A DNA stretch of 64,000 bases from Candidatus Dadabacteria bacterium (GCA_951812735.1 OX638332.1:1362508-1426507), one strand, 5' to 3'; positions 18,319 to 29,028 are shown, numbered from the stretch's first letter. Numbers and translations are program-made. The notes: generated from the sequence alone by a model not told the origin.

Positions 18319-19755
18319 ATGAGCGTTGATCTTGAAAAACTCGCCCAAGAGGAGTACAAGTACGGCTTCGTAACCGATGTCGAGCAGGAGATTGCTCCCA
18401 AGGGCCTAAACGAGGATGTCATCAGGATGATCTCCTCGAAAAAGAATGAACCTGAGTGGCTTCTCGAATGGCGCCTAGGCGCCTATGAGCGCTGGAAGAA
18501 AATGAAAGAGCCCCGGTGGGCTTTTCTTAGGTATCCGAAGATAGATTTTAACGACATAAGTTATTACGCGGCGCCGAAAAACAATCCGAGGCCGAAAAGC
18601 CTTGACGAGATCGACCCTGAGATAAAGGAGACCTACGACAAGCTCGGTATTCCGCTTGAGGAACAGAAGATGCTGGCGGGTGTCGCGGTTGATGCCGTTT
18701 TTGACAGCGTTTCCGTCTTCACCACTTTTAAGGAGAAGCTTGCCGAGGAAGGGGTTATTTTCTGCTCCATATCCGAGGCCGTTGAAGAACATCCCGATCT
18801 TGTGCGCAAGTATCTGGGTTCCGTAGTGCCCCGCGGGGATAATTTCTACGCGGCTTTGAATTCCGCGGTCTTCACGGACGGTTCTTTTGTCTACATTCCC
18901 AAGGGAGTAAGATGCCCAATGGAACTCTCGACCTATTTCCGCATAAACGCGGAGAATACCGGGCAGTTTGAAAGAACGCTTATAATCGCCGATGAGGGTA
19001 GCTATGTAAGCTATCTTGAGGGCTGCACGGCGCCTCAAAGGGACGAGAGCCAGCTCCACGCGGCCGTGGTTGAACTCATAGCCCATGATGACGCCACCAT
19101 AAAGTATTCGACTATACAGAACTGGTACCCGGGAGATAAGCAGGGCAAGGGCGGAATATACAATTTTGTTACCAAGAGGGGAAGATGCATTGGCAGGGCC
19201 TCAAGGATTTCCTGGACGCAGGTTGAGACCGGTTCTGCTATCACGTGGAAATATCCAAGCTGTATTCTCGAGGGGGACAATTCGGTTGGGGAATTCTACT
19301 CCGTAGCCCTTACGAACAGGCTTCAGCAGGCCGATACCGGGACCAAGATGATTCACGTGGGGAAAAATACCACCAGCACGATCATTTCCAAGGGCATTTC
19401 CGCGGGAGAGGGGCAGAACATATACAGGGGACTTGTTGAGATTGGTAAAAATGCCGAAAAGGCGAGAAATTACACGCAGTGCGACTCGATGCTTATAGGG
19501 GACTGCTGCGGGGCACACACTTTTCCATACATAGAGGTAAGAAACTCTACGGCTCACATGGAGCACGAGGCTTCTACCTCTAAAATAGGCGAGGACCAGA
19601 TGTTTTACTGTCGCCAGAGAGGGCTTTCCGCTGAAGACGCGGTTTCGCTCATAGTTAACGGTTTCTGTAAGGAAGTTTTCAAGGAACTGCCTTTTGAATT
19701 TGCGGTTGAAGCCGAGAAGCTGCTGAGCGTAAGTCTTGAGGGAAGCGTGGGTTAA
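18319..19755 (+). CDS. sufB: Fe-S cluster assembly scaffold SufB
   Basis: 478 aa in the SufB/SufD family, located between the Rrf2 gene and sufC. Confidence 0.9.
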   Translation: MSVDLEKLAQEEYKYGFVTDVEQEIAPKGLNEDVIRMISSKKNEPEWLLEWRLGAYERWKKMKEPRWAFLRYPKIDFNDISYYAAPKNNPRPKSLDEIDPEIKETYDKLGIPLEEQKMLAGVAVDAVFDSVSVFTTFKEKLAEEGVIFCSISEAVEEHPDLVRKYLGSVVPRGDNFYAALNSAVFTDGSFVYIPKGVRCPMELSTYFRINAENTGQFERTLIIADEGSYVSYLEGCTAPQRDESQLHAAVVELIAHDDATIKYSTIQNWYPGDKQGKGGIYNFVTKRGRCIGRASRISWTQVETGSAITWKYPSCILEGDNSVGEFYSVALTNRLQQADTGTKMIHVGKNTTSTIISKGISAGEGQNIYRGLVEIGKNAEKARNYTQCDSMLIGDCCGAHTFPYIEVRNSTAHMEHEASTSKIGEDQMFYCRQRGLSAEDAVSLIVNGFCKEVFKELPFEFAVEAEKLLSVSLEGSVG

Positions 19756-19805
19756 TAAAGGTTCCGCCGTAATTCTGAAAAAAAGATTTTTAGGAGGAGC
19801 AAAAC

Positions 19806-20540
19806 ATGCTCGAGGTGAAAAACCTGCATGTGCAGGTAGATGACAAGGAAATACTTAAAGGGATGAACATTACCGTGGCGCCCGGGGAAGTTCACTCAAT
19901 AATGGGTCCGAACGGCTCGGGGAAGAGCACACTTGCCCAAGTGCTTGCAGGCAAGGAAACATACGAGGTTACCGAAGGGGAGATAACTTTTCAGGGTAAG
20001 GATCTTCTCGACCTTGAGCCCGAAGAGAGGGCATGTGAGGGAATATTCCTCGCTTTTCAGTATCCAGTCGAGATTCCGGGAGTCGCAAACACCTATCTTT
20101 TGCGAGAGGCTCTTAACGCGAAAAGAGAATACCGGGAGGAAAAGCCGCTCAAGCACGTTGAATTTGGGAAGCTTGCCAGAGATAAGATGAAAGCGCTTGG
20201 TATTGACGAGAATCTTCTTAAAAGATCCGTAAACGCCGGGTTTTCGGGCGGAGAGAAAAAAAGGAACGAAATATTCCAGATGCAGATACTTGAACCCACG
20301 TTGGCGGTACTTGACGAAACGGATTCCGGTCTCGACATAGACGCGCTCAAGATAGTGGCAAACGGGGTGAATTCGATGAGAGACTCCGGACGTTCTTTTA
20401 TAGTGATAACCCACTACCAACGACTTCTTAACTATATAGTTCCCGATTTTGTCCACGTGATGGTTGATGGGAAAATAGTGAAATCGGGAGGAAAGGAACT
20501 TGCCCAGGAGCTTGAGGAGAAAGGTTACGCGGATTTTTAG
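19806..20540 (+). CDS. sufC: Fe-S cluster assembly ATPase SufC
   Basis: Walker A GPNGSGKST, ABC signature FSGGEKKR and Walker B LAVLDETDSGLD. Confidence 0.93.
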   Translation: MLEVKNLHVQVDDKEILKGMNITVAPGEVHSIMGPNGSGKSTLAQVLAGKETYEVTEGEITFQGKDLLDLEPEERACEGIFLAFQYPVEIPGVANTYLLREALNAKREYREEKPLKHVEFGKLARDKMKALGIDENLLKRSVNAGFSGGEKKRNEIFQMQILEPTLAVLDETDSGLDIDALKIVANGVNSMRDSGRSFIVITHYQRLLNYIVPDFVHVMVDGKIVKSGGKELAQELEEKGYADF

Positions 20541-20572
20541 GGCACCGGGTAACCGGCAAGGAGCATAATACG

Positions 20573-21919
20573 ATGGCTATTATTTTTGACGGTACGCGCG
20601 AAAGTTATGTCGAGGGACTCTCTGAGTTTCTCGGTAGCGGGCAAGAAGATACCCCCGGATGGGTAGCTGACCTTCGACGGGAAGCGATTTCGGGATTCGG
20701 CGAGCTTGGATTTCCGACGCTTTCTGATGAAGAGTGGAGATTTACCAACCTTGAGGCGCTTCGAAGAGGTTCCTTTTCAATTGCTGAGGATGGAATCTCG
20801 GATGTTTCTAAGAAAACCGTGAATTCTTACGGATTCTCGGGGCTTGATTGTCTGCGCCTTGTCTTCGTAAACGGTCGTTTCGCCTCTTCCCTCTCAGATG
20901 CGGGGGATGCAGGGGAAGGGATTGTGGTAAAAGCCCTGTCGGAGGCGATTCGGGAGGACGGTGATCTTGTAAAGGGTCACTTGGCTAAATACGCCGATTA
21001 TGAAAAAGACGCGTTTATCTCGCTTAACACGTCATATTTTGAAGACGGGGTATTTGTTTATGTTCCAGACCGGACCGTTTTGGAGAAACCCGTGCATGTT
21101 CTTCACGTATCGACGGATGAAGGCCGTCCTTTGTTCATAAACCCGAGAAACCTCATCATCATCGGGCAAAGCTCAGACGCCAAGGTCATTGAGCATTACG
21201 TATCGTTATCCCAGAGCGTTTATTTCTCAAACGTGGTTACGGAGGTTGTCTGCGGTGAAGACGCGAACCTCGAGCATTACAGGCTTGAATTTGAAAGCCG
21301 GAAGGCGTTTAATTTTTCCACACTGAGGGTAAATCAGCAGAAAAACAGCAATATCACTTCTCATTCAATTCTCTACGGAGGAGCTATAGTGAGGAACAAC
21401 GTTCATCCCGTTCTGGCGGGAGAAGGATGCAACTCCGACATTTACGGCCTTTTCATGTCCGAGGGGCGCCAGCACATGGATAACTTCATGCGGGTTGAGC
21501 ACGCAAGCCCTCATTGCGACAGCCGCCAGTTCTATAACGGCGTGCTTGACGGCCGTTCAAAGGGAGTTTTTCACGGAAGAATTCTGGTTCACGAAGGTGC
21601 CGAGAAAACGGACGCAAAGCAGACCAACAGGAATCTTCTTCTCTCCGACACGGCTCAGATAGACACGAAACCCCAGCTTGAGATATACAACGATGACGTC
21701 AAATGCACTCATGGCGCCACGATCGGACAGATGGACGAAGAGGCTCTTTTTTACCTGTGCTCAAGGGGAGTTTCAATGAGGAAGGCAAAGATCATAATGC
21801 TCCGTGCCTTTACTAACGAGACTCTTGAGCATATGTCGATTGATTCCGTGAAAGAGACTCTTGAGAACACTGTCATGAAATGGTTTGAGCAAAGGCTCGG
21901 AAACGGCGACGGGAGTTAG
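20573..21919 (+). CDS. sufD: Fe-S cluster assembly protein SufD
   Basis: 448 aa in the SufB/SufD family, sitting in the sufBCD order. Confidence 0.85.
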   Translation: MAIIFDGTRESYVEGLSEFLGSGQEDTPGWVADLRREAISGFGELGFPTLSDEEWRFTNLEALRRGSFSIAEDGISDVSKKTVNSYGFSGLDCLRLVFVNGRFASSLSDAGDAGEGIVVKALSEAIREDGDLVKGHLAKYADYEKDAFISLNTSYFEDGVFVYVPDRTVLEKPVHVLHVSTDEGRPLFINPRNLIIIGQSSDAKVIEHYVSLSQSVYFSNVVTEVVCGEDANLEHYRLEFESRKAFNFSTLRVNQQKNSNITSHSILYGGAIVRNNVHPVLAGEGCNSDIYGLFMSEGRQHMDNFMRVEHASPHCDSRQFYNGVLDGRSKGVFHGRILVHEGAEKTDAKQTNRNLLLSDTAQIDTKPQLEIYNDDVKCTHGATIGQMDEEALFYLCSRGVSMRKAKIIMLRAFTNETLEHMSIDSVKETLENTVMKWFEQRLGNGDGS

Positions 21920-21923
21920 GTTT

Positions 21924-22238
21924 ATGTCAGATTTCGAGAAGGTGGCTGAGGTCTCGGACATAGCTGAAGGAGAAATGGAATCTTTTTTCGTTGGCGGAGA
22001 ACCAATTGCCATATGCAGGGTTGAGGGAAATTTCTACGCTTTTAAGGATGAATGTACTCACCAGTGTTTTACTCTTTCAGACGGTGACCTTGATGGAGAA
22101 CGCATCACCTGCTGTTACCACGGGGCTGAGTTCAACGTCAGGACGGGCGAGGTGCTCTGTCTTCCGGCAGTAGAACCTCTCGAGGTCTACCCGGTAAAAA
22201 TTGACGGGGACGACATACTTATAAAACTAGATGACTGA
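21924..22238 (+). CDS. Rieske [2Fe-2S] ferredoxin-like protein
   Basis: CTHQ...CCYHG Rieske boxes. The start was chosen at MSDFEKV (21924), directly after the sufD stop. Confidence 0.8.
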   Translation: MSDFEKVAEVSDIAEGEMESFFVGGEPIAICRVEGNFYAFKDECTHQCFTLSDGDLDGERITCCYHGAEFNVRTGEVLCLPAVEPLEVYPVKIDGDDILIKLDD

Positions 22239-22254
22239 ACATCCCCGCCTTTCT

Positions 22255-22680
22255 TTATCCCGCGGGTTTGAATTTGGGGAGGGTGACCTCATCAGTGACG
22301 TCATCGAAGCAGACCTGAACGTCCATACCGATGGACACGTCCTTAGGATCAACGTCAACAACGTTTGACATCATCTTCACCCCTTCTTCCATCTCAATAA
22401 GGGCTACCACATAGGGAGGTTCTCCCTTGTAGGCCTTAGAAGGTCCCATGTGATGTATGGAAAAAGTCCACACTTTCCCCCGTCCCTCACTCTCAACCCA
22501 CTCTATGTCATCACTCATGTCCCCTCCCGGGGAAAGAGCTCTTGGGTAAAAGAAAAACTCTCCGGTTTCCCTTGACCTTGGGATAACCAGCCTGTGCTCC
22601 CTGGCAGCTTCCCAAAAAGGCTTTGTCTCGGGCCGGAACTCAGGCAAAGGCTTGTTGTACTCTTTTTTCTGTTCTGACAT
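22255..22680 (-). CDS. DUF35-type OB-fold/zinc-ribbon protein, partner of SCP-x-type thiolases
   Basis: 141 aa immediately downstream of a thiolase-like gene, which is the classic pairing. Confidence 0.6.
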   Translation of the reverse strand: MSEQKKEYNKPLPEFRPETKPFWEAAREHRLVIPRSRETGEFFFYPRALSPGGDMSDDIEWVESEGRGKVWTFSIHHMGPSKAYKGEPPYVVALIEMEEGVKMMSNVVDVDPKDVSIGMDVQVCFDDVTDEVTLPKFKPAG

Positions 22681-22701
22681 CTTCTTTGTCTCCTTTATGT
22701 G

Positions 22702-23913
22702 TTAATTAATCGGCTGGTTGCCAAGTACCACCGTGCTGTGAGCCGACACTATCCCGCCGTTTCCATGAACCACAGCCACCTCAGGATCCTCCACCTGCCT
22801 TGCCCCCGCATCTCCCCTCAGCTGCAGTGTAGCCTCAACCACATGATGCATGGCACCAAGATGCGCCTGGGAGAGCAGTCCCCCGTGGGTGTTAACAGGA
22901 AGGTCCTTCCCTATCTCCATTCTTCCCTCAAGAGCAAACGCTCCCCCCTCTCCCTTGGGAACAAACCCGAGGCCCTCAAGCTCAAGGAGCACTGTTATGG
23001 TGAAGCAGTCATAAAGAAACGCTATGTCAACGTCCCTGGGTTCTATCCCCGCTGTGTTAAAAGCCTTCTGCCCGGAACGTTCCACCGCGTTGTATATCTG
23101 ATCCAGGTTCTCAAGAGTTGTTAGGTACTGGTGGGAGTATCCCTGTCCCATTCCCCAGAGATAAGCAAGATTGTTTGTTATCCCAAGCTCCTTGGCCTTG
23201 TCTTCTGTAGTAACGATGAAAGCTGCTCCTCCGTCTGAGATAATGGAGCAGTCATACTTGGTAAGGGGCTCTGCTATAACTCTTGAACCCATAACATCCT
23301 CTATGGACAAAGGATCTTTGTTCATCGCGTTTTCTTTGTCTGCTGCGTGTTTTCTCATTGTTACAGCTACCGCTGCAAGGTGTTCTCTTCGTGCGCCCCA
23401 GTCATGGAGGTATCTCTGTGCGGCAAGTGCGTATCCCCCCGGAGTAGTCAGTCCGTAGGGGAACTCAAACTCGGCGTGGCACATCTCCCTTATAAGGGCG
23501 AGCATCCCTGAAGACGATATTCCCGAGAGGGTGTTGTCCCCTCTTACGCAGAGTACCACTTCAGATTGTCCTGAGGCTATGGCCATTGCGGCTTCAGCCA
23601 CCATCCACACCGCCGTTGCTCCCCCTACGGCAACCGAGGAGAAAAATCTCGGGTTCATGCCGAAGTAATCAGCAAAGGTAGTGCAGTGCATGAAAGTGTG
23701 TTCTACGAGTGAGAACGCAGTTACGAGGCCGTCCACGTCGTCTTTTTTTATCCCCGCGTCCTCAATAGCAAGCTTAGAAGCTTCGCTCAGGAAATGAAAG
23801 GAGCTTTTATCCGGGATTTTTCCCTGTTCGGTTTCGCCCACCCCGGCGATAACTATTTTTTTCTTCTTAAGAAGTTCTCGGGTTTCTTGTATGCCCGGAA
23901 GATTCTCTGACAT
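22702..23913 (-). CDS. Thiolase-like protein (SCP-x/nonspecific lipid-transfer type, or acetyl-CoA acetyltransferase)
   Basis: 403 aa with a thiolase fold, an active-site Cys region and the C-terminal GNGGIVSAHST. Confidence 0.8.
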   Translation of the reverse strand: MSENLPGIQETRELLKKKKIVIAGVGETEQGKIPDKSSFHFLSEASKLAIEDAGIKKDDVDGLVTAFSLVEHTFMHCTTFADYFGMNPRFFSSVAVGGATAVWMVAEAAMAIASGQSEVVLCVRGDNTLSGISSSGMLALIREMCHAEFEFPYGLTTPGGYALAAQRYLHDWGARREHLAAVAVTMRKHAADKENAMNKDPLSIEDVMGSRVIAEPLTKYDCSIISDGGAAFIVTTEDKAKELGITNNLAYLWGMGQGYSHQYLTTLENLDQIYNAVERSGQKAFNTAGIEPRDVDIAFLYDCFTITVLLELEGLGFVPKGEGGAFALEGRMEIGKDLPVNTHGGLLSQAHLGAMHHVVEATLQLRGDAGARQVEDPEVAVVHGNGGIVSAHSTVVLGNQPIN

Positions 23914-24066
23914 TTTGGTGCTTCCTCCTTGATAAAACTTAACTCTTTGTATTAAAAATCCGTATCATATTACTATATATATACCGCGTTTGCCAAACTG
24001 CAGGGACCAAATACGCTTCGTGAATAGTTCTCTTTTTATGCTCAAAGAAAGTATAATGTTTCGGAA

Positions 24067-25164
24067 ATGGAACTTGGATACTTCGCTATACCCCTTCATC
24101 CGGCTGGCTCCTCTTTTTCCGAGACGCTCGAAGCGGATATGGAGCAGATGGTTTTTCTCGATGAAATCGGTTTCAGGGAAGCCTGGATAGGAGAGCACTT
24201 CACCGCAGGTTGGGAGAACATTCCGGCCCCTGATCTTTTCATAGCCAAAGCCGCTGCCCTCACGGAGCGTATAATTTTCGGTACGGGTGTTTCATGCCTG
24301 CCTCAGCACGACCCTTTCATGCTGGCGCACAGAATCGCGGTTCTTGATCACCTGCTTAAGGGAAGATTTTACTGGGGAGTGGGAGCCGGGAGTTTCATCG
24401 GAGATTTTAAGGCATTCGGCATAAACCCGAAGACCGGGGAACAGAGAAAGCTTATGAACGAGTCCCTTGAGATGATACTGAATCTGTGGAACGATCCACG
24501 CCCAGGCGCTTACGGCAACTCTCGGTGGAATTTCACCGTTCCAGATCCCGTGGAAAAAGTTGGTCTTGGAGTGCACACGAAGCCGTATCAGAAACCCCAT
24601 CCTCCTATAGCGGTTGCGGGAATATCGGAGAATTCCGCGAGCCTGAGAACTGCCGGGGAAAGGGGCTGGATACCCATGAGTATAAATTTCGTTACCCGTG
24701 ACGTATTGAAATCTCACTGGGCGGGGTACGAGCAGGGGGCGGAGGCCGTCGGCGGGACAGCGGAGAGGAATAAATGGAGAATCGCAAGGGACATCTACGT
24801 TGCGGAGACCACGGAGGAAGCGAGAAAAGAGGTAATAGAAGGTACTCTCGCAAGAGATTTCCGGGATTATTTTTTCAAGATAGTTCCCCTGATAAGAAAC
24901 AACCTGAATCTGTTTAAGGTCGACAAGTCAATGTCAGATCGGGAAGTGACCATGGATTACATGATCGAGAACATGTGGCTTGTCGGAAATCCTCAGGAAG
25001 TTGCCAGGAAGATAGTTGAGCTTCATGAATTTGTCGGGGGATTCGGGGTGCTTCTGGTCATGGGGCACGAGTGGAATCCGAAGGAGAAGTGGCAGAGATC
25101 AATGAGGCTGCTCAAAGAAGAAGTTCTTCCGATTGTGAAAAAGAACCTGATGCAGAGAACCTGA
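24067..25164 (+). CDS. Luciferase-like monooxygenase (LLM) family flavin-dependent oxidoreductase
   Basis: 365 aa with TIM-barrel LLM-family motifs. Confidence 0.75.
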   Translation: MELGYFAIPLHPAGSSFSETLEADMEQMVFLDEIGFREAWIGEHFTAGWENIPAPDLFIAKAAALTERIIFGTGVSCLPQHDPFMLAHRIAVLDHLLKGRFYWGVGAGSFIGDFKAFGINPKTGEQRKLMNESLEMILNLWNDPRPGAYGNSRWNFTVPDPVEKVGLGVHTKPYQKPHPPIAVAGISENSASLRTAGERGWIPMSINFVTRDVLKSHWAGYEQGAEAVGGTAERNKWRIARDIYVAETTEEARKEVIEGTLARDFRDYFFKIVPLIRNNLNLFKVDKSMSDREVTMDYMIENMWLVGNPQEVARKIVELHEFVGGFGVLLVMGHEWNPKEKWQRSMRLLKEEVLPIVKKNLMQRT

Positions 25165-25181
25165 AATCCGCCCTCTGCTCT

Positions 25182-25910
25182 CTAAGATTGCGGTTCGTGA
25201 CTGAAGTGGATTCCGCACTCTTTATCCGAGTCCTGCTCCCACCACCATCTGCCCGCCCTTGGGTCTTCCCCTTTCTCAATTGCTCTCGTGCAGGGAGCGC
25301 ATCCTATGCTCGGGTAACCCATGTCGTGAAGCTTGTTGTACGGAACGTCGTTTTTCCTTACGTAATCCCATACCTCGTCAATGGTCCAGTCGAGAATCGG
25401 GTTTATCTTGAGCATTCTTCCGTGCAGGTAGTCAATTTCAAACTTTGTTGAGTCTGCCCGCTGCTCCGTCTGGTCCGCCCTTATGGAAGTAATCCAGGCG
25501 TCTAGGGTTTTCAGGAATACGTTTAGCGGGTTGGTTTTCCTCACCTGGCAGCAAAGCCTTCTGTTCTCAACGCTTTTGTAAAAAAGATTCACCCCGCGGC
25601 TTGTCACCATTTTCTCCACTTCGGATGTGTCGGGGAAAAGCACCTCGATATTGATGTCGTACTTCTCTCTTGTTTTCTCCATTGCATCGTACGTATGCGA
25701 GTGGAGCCTTCCTGTATCGAGAGTGAAAATTCTCGCTTCGGGGTCTGTCTTTGCGAACATGTCGACAAGTACCATTCCCTGGACCTGAAAGCTGGTTGCA
25801 AGGGCCACCGAGGAACCGAGGTTCTGCGAAGCCCAAGAGAGGACATCCTCGGGAGAACTTCGCTCAAACTCGCGATTTAGGCTTTTTACATCTTCTTCAG
25901 AGAAATTCAT
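25182..25910 (-). CDS. cysH: Adenylyl-sulfate (APS) reductase, thioredoxin-dependent (CysH family with Fe-S cysteine pairs)
   Basis: CCQVRKTNPL and SIGCAPCT (the APS-reductase Cys pairs) plus a C-terminal KECGIH catalytic motif. Confidence 0.85.
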   Translation of the reverse strand: MNFSEEDVKSLNREFERSSPEDVLSWASQNLGSSVALATSFQVQGMVLVDMFAKTDPEARIFTLDTGRLHSHTYDAMEKTREKYDINIEVLFPDTSEVEKMVTSRGVNLFYKSVENRRLCCQVRKTNPLNVFLKTLDAWITSIRADQTEQRADSTKFEIDYLHGRMLKINPILDWTIDEVWDYVRKNDVPYNKLHDMGYPSIGCAPCTRAIEKGEDPRAGRWWWEQDSDKECGIHFSHEPQS

Positions 25911-26918
25911 CTAACCCAGAAAACTCAGATACGACGACAGGCCGTACTTTATGTATATGAGGGATACGTAATAGCTTACCCCCACGGTTACCACAGGAAC
26001 AACAAACCAGAAAAAAGCGATTTTGACAACATGACTGTTCTTGGAAGTCCGGGCGAACCCATGCTGCGCGCACGAGAAGCCTACCACTCCGGCCGTTACT
26101 ATCTCCGCGATCGAAACGGGAATTCCGTATAGCGAAGCAAGCAGTATTATCACCGCGGCCGTAAACTCAACTGAGATAGCTCTTATAATGCATATTTCCG
26201 TTATCTTCTTCCCCAGCGTCTCAAGAACCCTGCCTCCGAGAAGAATTGCTCCCACTCCCATAGCAACGCCGGCCAAAATTGCACCCGGATAGGAATCTAT
26301 GAGTCCCAGACTCACTATCGGACCTATAGCGTTTGCGGAATTGTTGGCGCCTCCAGAAAACGCGATGAACGTTCCGGATATGGTGATCAGCACGGTCAGG
26401 ATCACGTTCACTCTTTTTTCCGAGAAGTTGCTCGCGAGATAGTGGACTATCTTGAAATAAAAGAACTTCGCCACGACGAAATTTATTACCCAGGCGACTA
26501 TCGGGGCCACGATCCACCACTTTAGCACCCGGATGAAACTGTCGGAATTAAGTGTTTGGGTATAAAGACCGATTCCCACTATGGCGCACACTATGGCGTG
26601 GGTGGTTGCGATGGGCGTGCGCACTACGTTCGCCCAGGCGATGAAACCTATTCCCAGGAGCAGGATTATAAATATGAATCCTATGTCGGAGGAGAGAGTT
26701 TCGGCGGGCACTATTCCCTTGCCCACGGTTTCGACCACGGGAGCTCCAGCCGTAAGCGCCCCGAGAAGGGCAAAAATCGCTATTAGCCATACAGCCTGTC
26801 TTTTCGATCTTACCCCGGCGCCGTATGAAGTCGCCATGGAAGCTGCGGAATTGTTGGCTCCTATATTAAGGGCCAGGAATCCCGAAAGTACTAGTGTTAC
26901 AACCAGCAAAACGCTCAA
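25911..26918 (-). CDS. PiT-family inorganic anion permease, possibly the sulfate permease CysP given the cysH neighbour
   Basis: 335 aa, multi-TM, with duplicated GANNSA/GANNSANA PiT signatures. Confidence 0.8.
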   Translation of the reverse strand: MSVLLVVTLVLSGFLALNIGANNSAASMATSYGAGVRSKRQAVWLIAIFALLGALTAGAPVVETVGKGIVPAETLSSDIGFIFIILLLGIGFIAWANVVRTPIATTHAIVCAIVGIGLYTQTLNSDSFIRVLKWWIVAPIVAWVINFVVAKFFYFKIVHYLASNFSEKRVNVILTVLITISGTFIAFSGGANNSANAIGPIVSLGLIDSYPGAILAGVAMGVGAILLGGRVLETLGKKITEICIIRAISVEFTAAVIILLASLYGIPVSIAEIVTAGVVGFSCAQHGFARTSKNSHVVKIAFFWFVVPVVTVGVSYYVSLIYIKYGLSSYLSFLG

Positions 26919-27020
26919 TAAATTCTCTCCCCGCCTGAAATGTCAGCGGCAATAATTTACGTAAAAACCCAATAGCATTCCGGTTTGTGCGAAAAACAAA
27001 AGGTTTTTACGTGGTGTTTT

Positions 27021-27563
27021 CTAGAGAAGTTCCGAAACCCTGAATATGGAAAAAAGGCTACAGCCTCGCTCAAGGAAAGTTTTTTCCGTTTCCTCTCCCC
27101 TGTCAACGACGCAAAAAACCCCACGTACCTCAGCTCCTGCGGACTCGACAAGATCTATGGCCCTTAGCACGGAACCGCCGGTCGTAATCACATCCTCGAT
27201 TATAGCTACCTTATCTCCCTGGAGAAGCCCGCCCTCTATCATGTTTCCGGTACCGTGTTCCTTTTCCTTCTTCCTTACTATGAATCCGCGAAGTGGCGTC
27301 CCTTTCTCATAGCTTTTGGAGATGATAGCTCCCACCATGGGGTCGGCACCCGAGGACGGTCCTCCTACGGCCGTTACGCCGCCCTGCGCGGCGATTTCGC
27401 CCAGAAATATTTCCGATATCAGGTGGACGCCTTCAGGATCCAAGGTTGTGTGCCTGGCGTCAATGTAGTAGGAACTCCGCTTTCCCGATGCTAGGGTGAA
27501 ATTCCCGAGCAGGATTGATTTGCTTTTAAGAATTAGTTTTAATCTTTCTCTGCTCTTGTTCAT
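27021..27563 (-). CDS. pyrE: Orotate phosphoribosyltransferase
   Basis: PRPP-binding VAIIEDVITTGGS. The start was taken at the internal ATG (MNKSRERLKLILKS). Confidence 0.85.
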   Translation of the reverse strand: MNKSRERLKLILKSKSILLGNFTLASGKRSSYYIDARHTTLDPEGVHLISEIFLGEIAAQGGVTAVGGPSSGADPMVGAIISKSYEKGTPLRGFIVRKKEKEHGTGNMIEGGLLQGDKVAIIEDVITTGGSVLRAIDLVESAGAEVRGVFCVVDRGEETEKTFLERGCSLFSIFRVSELL

Positions 27564-27603
27564 CTTCCGGAATTCCAAGCCGAATGAAACTATATTCCTG
27601 TAA

Positions 27604-29028
27604 TTGTACCCATTGATGGAAAAAATCAACAAGGCAAACCGGCTCCTTCTCCTGTGCGGAACAGTCGTTCTTCTCTTGCTCGGGGCTGTAGCGAAAATCT
27701 CCCCGCAGCTCTCCTCGGGGGATTTTGAAAAAGATCTGATACCGGTTTTCATCTTGCTTCTGGTTGCCGCCTCGGCCATTTATTTCGTGGCCGTGGGAAG
27801 TTTTAGAAAAAATCGCGCGTGCTCGCTTCTTCTCATAATTCTTTTCGGTCTCGGGTTCCGGGTTCTGTTTCTTTTTTCAACTCCGATACTTGAAGACGAT
27901 TATCACCGCTACTTCTGGGACGGCGCCGTCGTGGCAAACGGGATAAATCCTTACCAGCACTCGCCTGAAGAAGTGGCGAAGGGTGTGGGGAGTGAGAAAC
28001 TGAAGGAGCTTAAGCATCTCTACGGCGAGACCCTTGAGAAAGTAAACCACCCGCACGTAAAAACCATCTATCCACCGGTTGCGGAATTTTTCTTCGCCGC
28101 ATCCTACAAAATATCTCCCATGAGTCTCACGGCGTGGAGAATTATGCTCATAGTATTTGACGTGGTCACGCTCGTGCTTTTGCTTGCGAGCCTCAAGAAA
28201 CTTGGTATTTCTCTTCAGAACTCACTTGTCTACTGGTGGAATCCGCTTCTGGTGCAGCAGATATTCAACTCGGTGCACATGGACATACTGGCGTTCCCGT
28301 TCGTGCTGGGGGCGATACTCCTGTTCCTTTACGAGAGAAAAAGACTATGGACACTTGTGCTTTCCCTTGCTGTAGGAGTCAAGCTCTGGCCGGTGCTTCT
28401 TTTCGGAACGTTTTTAAAACCCCTTCGGGAGAAGCGGGAAACACTTTTGCAGACTCTTGTTTTTGCTGCCGCGATTTTAGTCATATTTCTTCCCACGGTT
28501 GCGTTTGAACTGGATTCAGCTTCCGGCATGGTGGCATATGGAAAAAGCTGGCAAAACAACAGTCCGTTTTTCGCGGCAATTCTTTCGGGGTGGGAGTTCG
28601 TTCTGGAGACGCTGGGCATTCACCCCGGACACGCGCAGAAGCATTCAAGAGCTGCCATCATTGTGATTCTTCTCATCTGGAAGTTTTATGTGGCGTTTGC
28701 AAGCGGGTCTTTGGGTATCCACAGGAAAGCCCTGCTCATAATAGGAGGCGCGTTTCTGCTGAGCCCGACGCAATTTCCCTGGTACTACGCGTGGCTCCTT
28801 CCGTTTCTCTGCATAGCTCCCAGTCCGGGTTTCTTGGCCCTCACCGCGTTGCTTCCGCTTTATTACCTTCAGTACTATTTCCCCCCTAATACTGAGGAAG
28901 GCGGAATATTCGGGGAAATGGTGGTATGGATAGAGTTTGCGCCCGTGTGGGCTCTGCTCGCTTGGGAATGGATGAAGTTTAGGGCTTCGAAAAAAACCCC
29001 GGCCGTTGGCAAAAGCTATGCCGACTGA
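27604..29028 (+). CDS. Integral membrane protein, GT-C-fold glycosyltransferase-like (ArnT/PMT/DUF2029-like)
   Basis: 474 aa with about 11 TM segments and an acidic EDDYHRYFWDG motif in the first extracytoplasmic loop. Confidence 0.4.
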   Translation: MYPLMEKINKANRLLLLCGTVVLLLLGAVAKISPQLSSGDFEKDLIPVFILLLVAASAIYFVAVGSFRKNRACSLLLIILFGLGFRVLFLFSTPILEDDYHRYFWDGAVVANGINPYQHSPEEVAKGVGSEKLKELKHLYGETLEKVNHPHVKTIYPPVAEFFFAASYKISPMSLTAWRIMLIVFDVVTLVLLLASLKKLGISLQNSLVYWWNPLLVQQIFNSVHMDILAFPFVLGAILLFLYERKRLWTLVLSLAVGVKLWPVLLFGTFLKPLREKRETLLQTLVFAAAILVIFLPTVAFELDSASGMVAYGKSWQNNSPFFAAILSGWEFVLETLGIHPGHAQKHSRAAIIVILLIWKFYVAFASGSLGIHRKALLIIGGAFLLSPTQFPWYYAWLLPFLCIAPSPGFLALTALLPLYYLQYYFPPNTEEGGIFGEMVVWIEFAPVWALLAWEWMKFRASKKTPAVGKSYAD

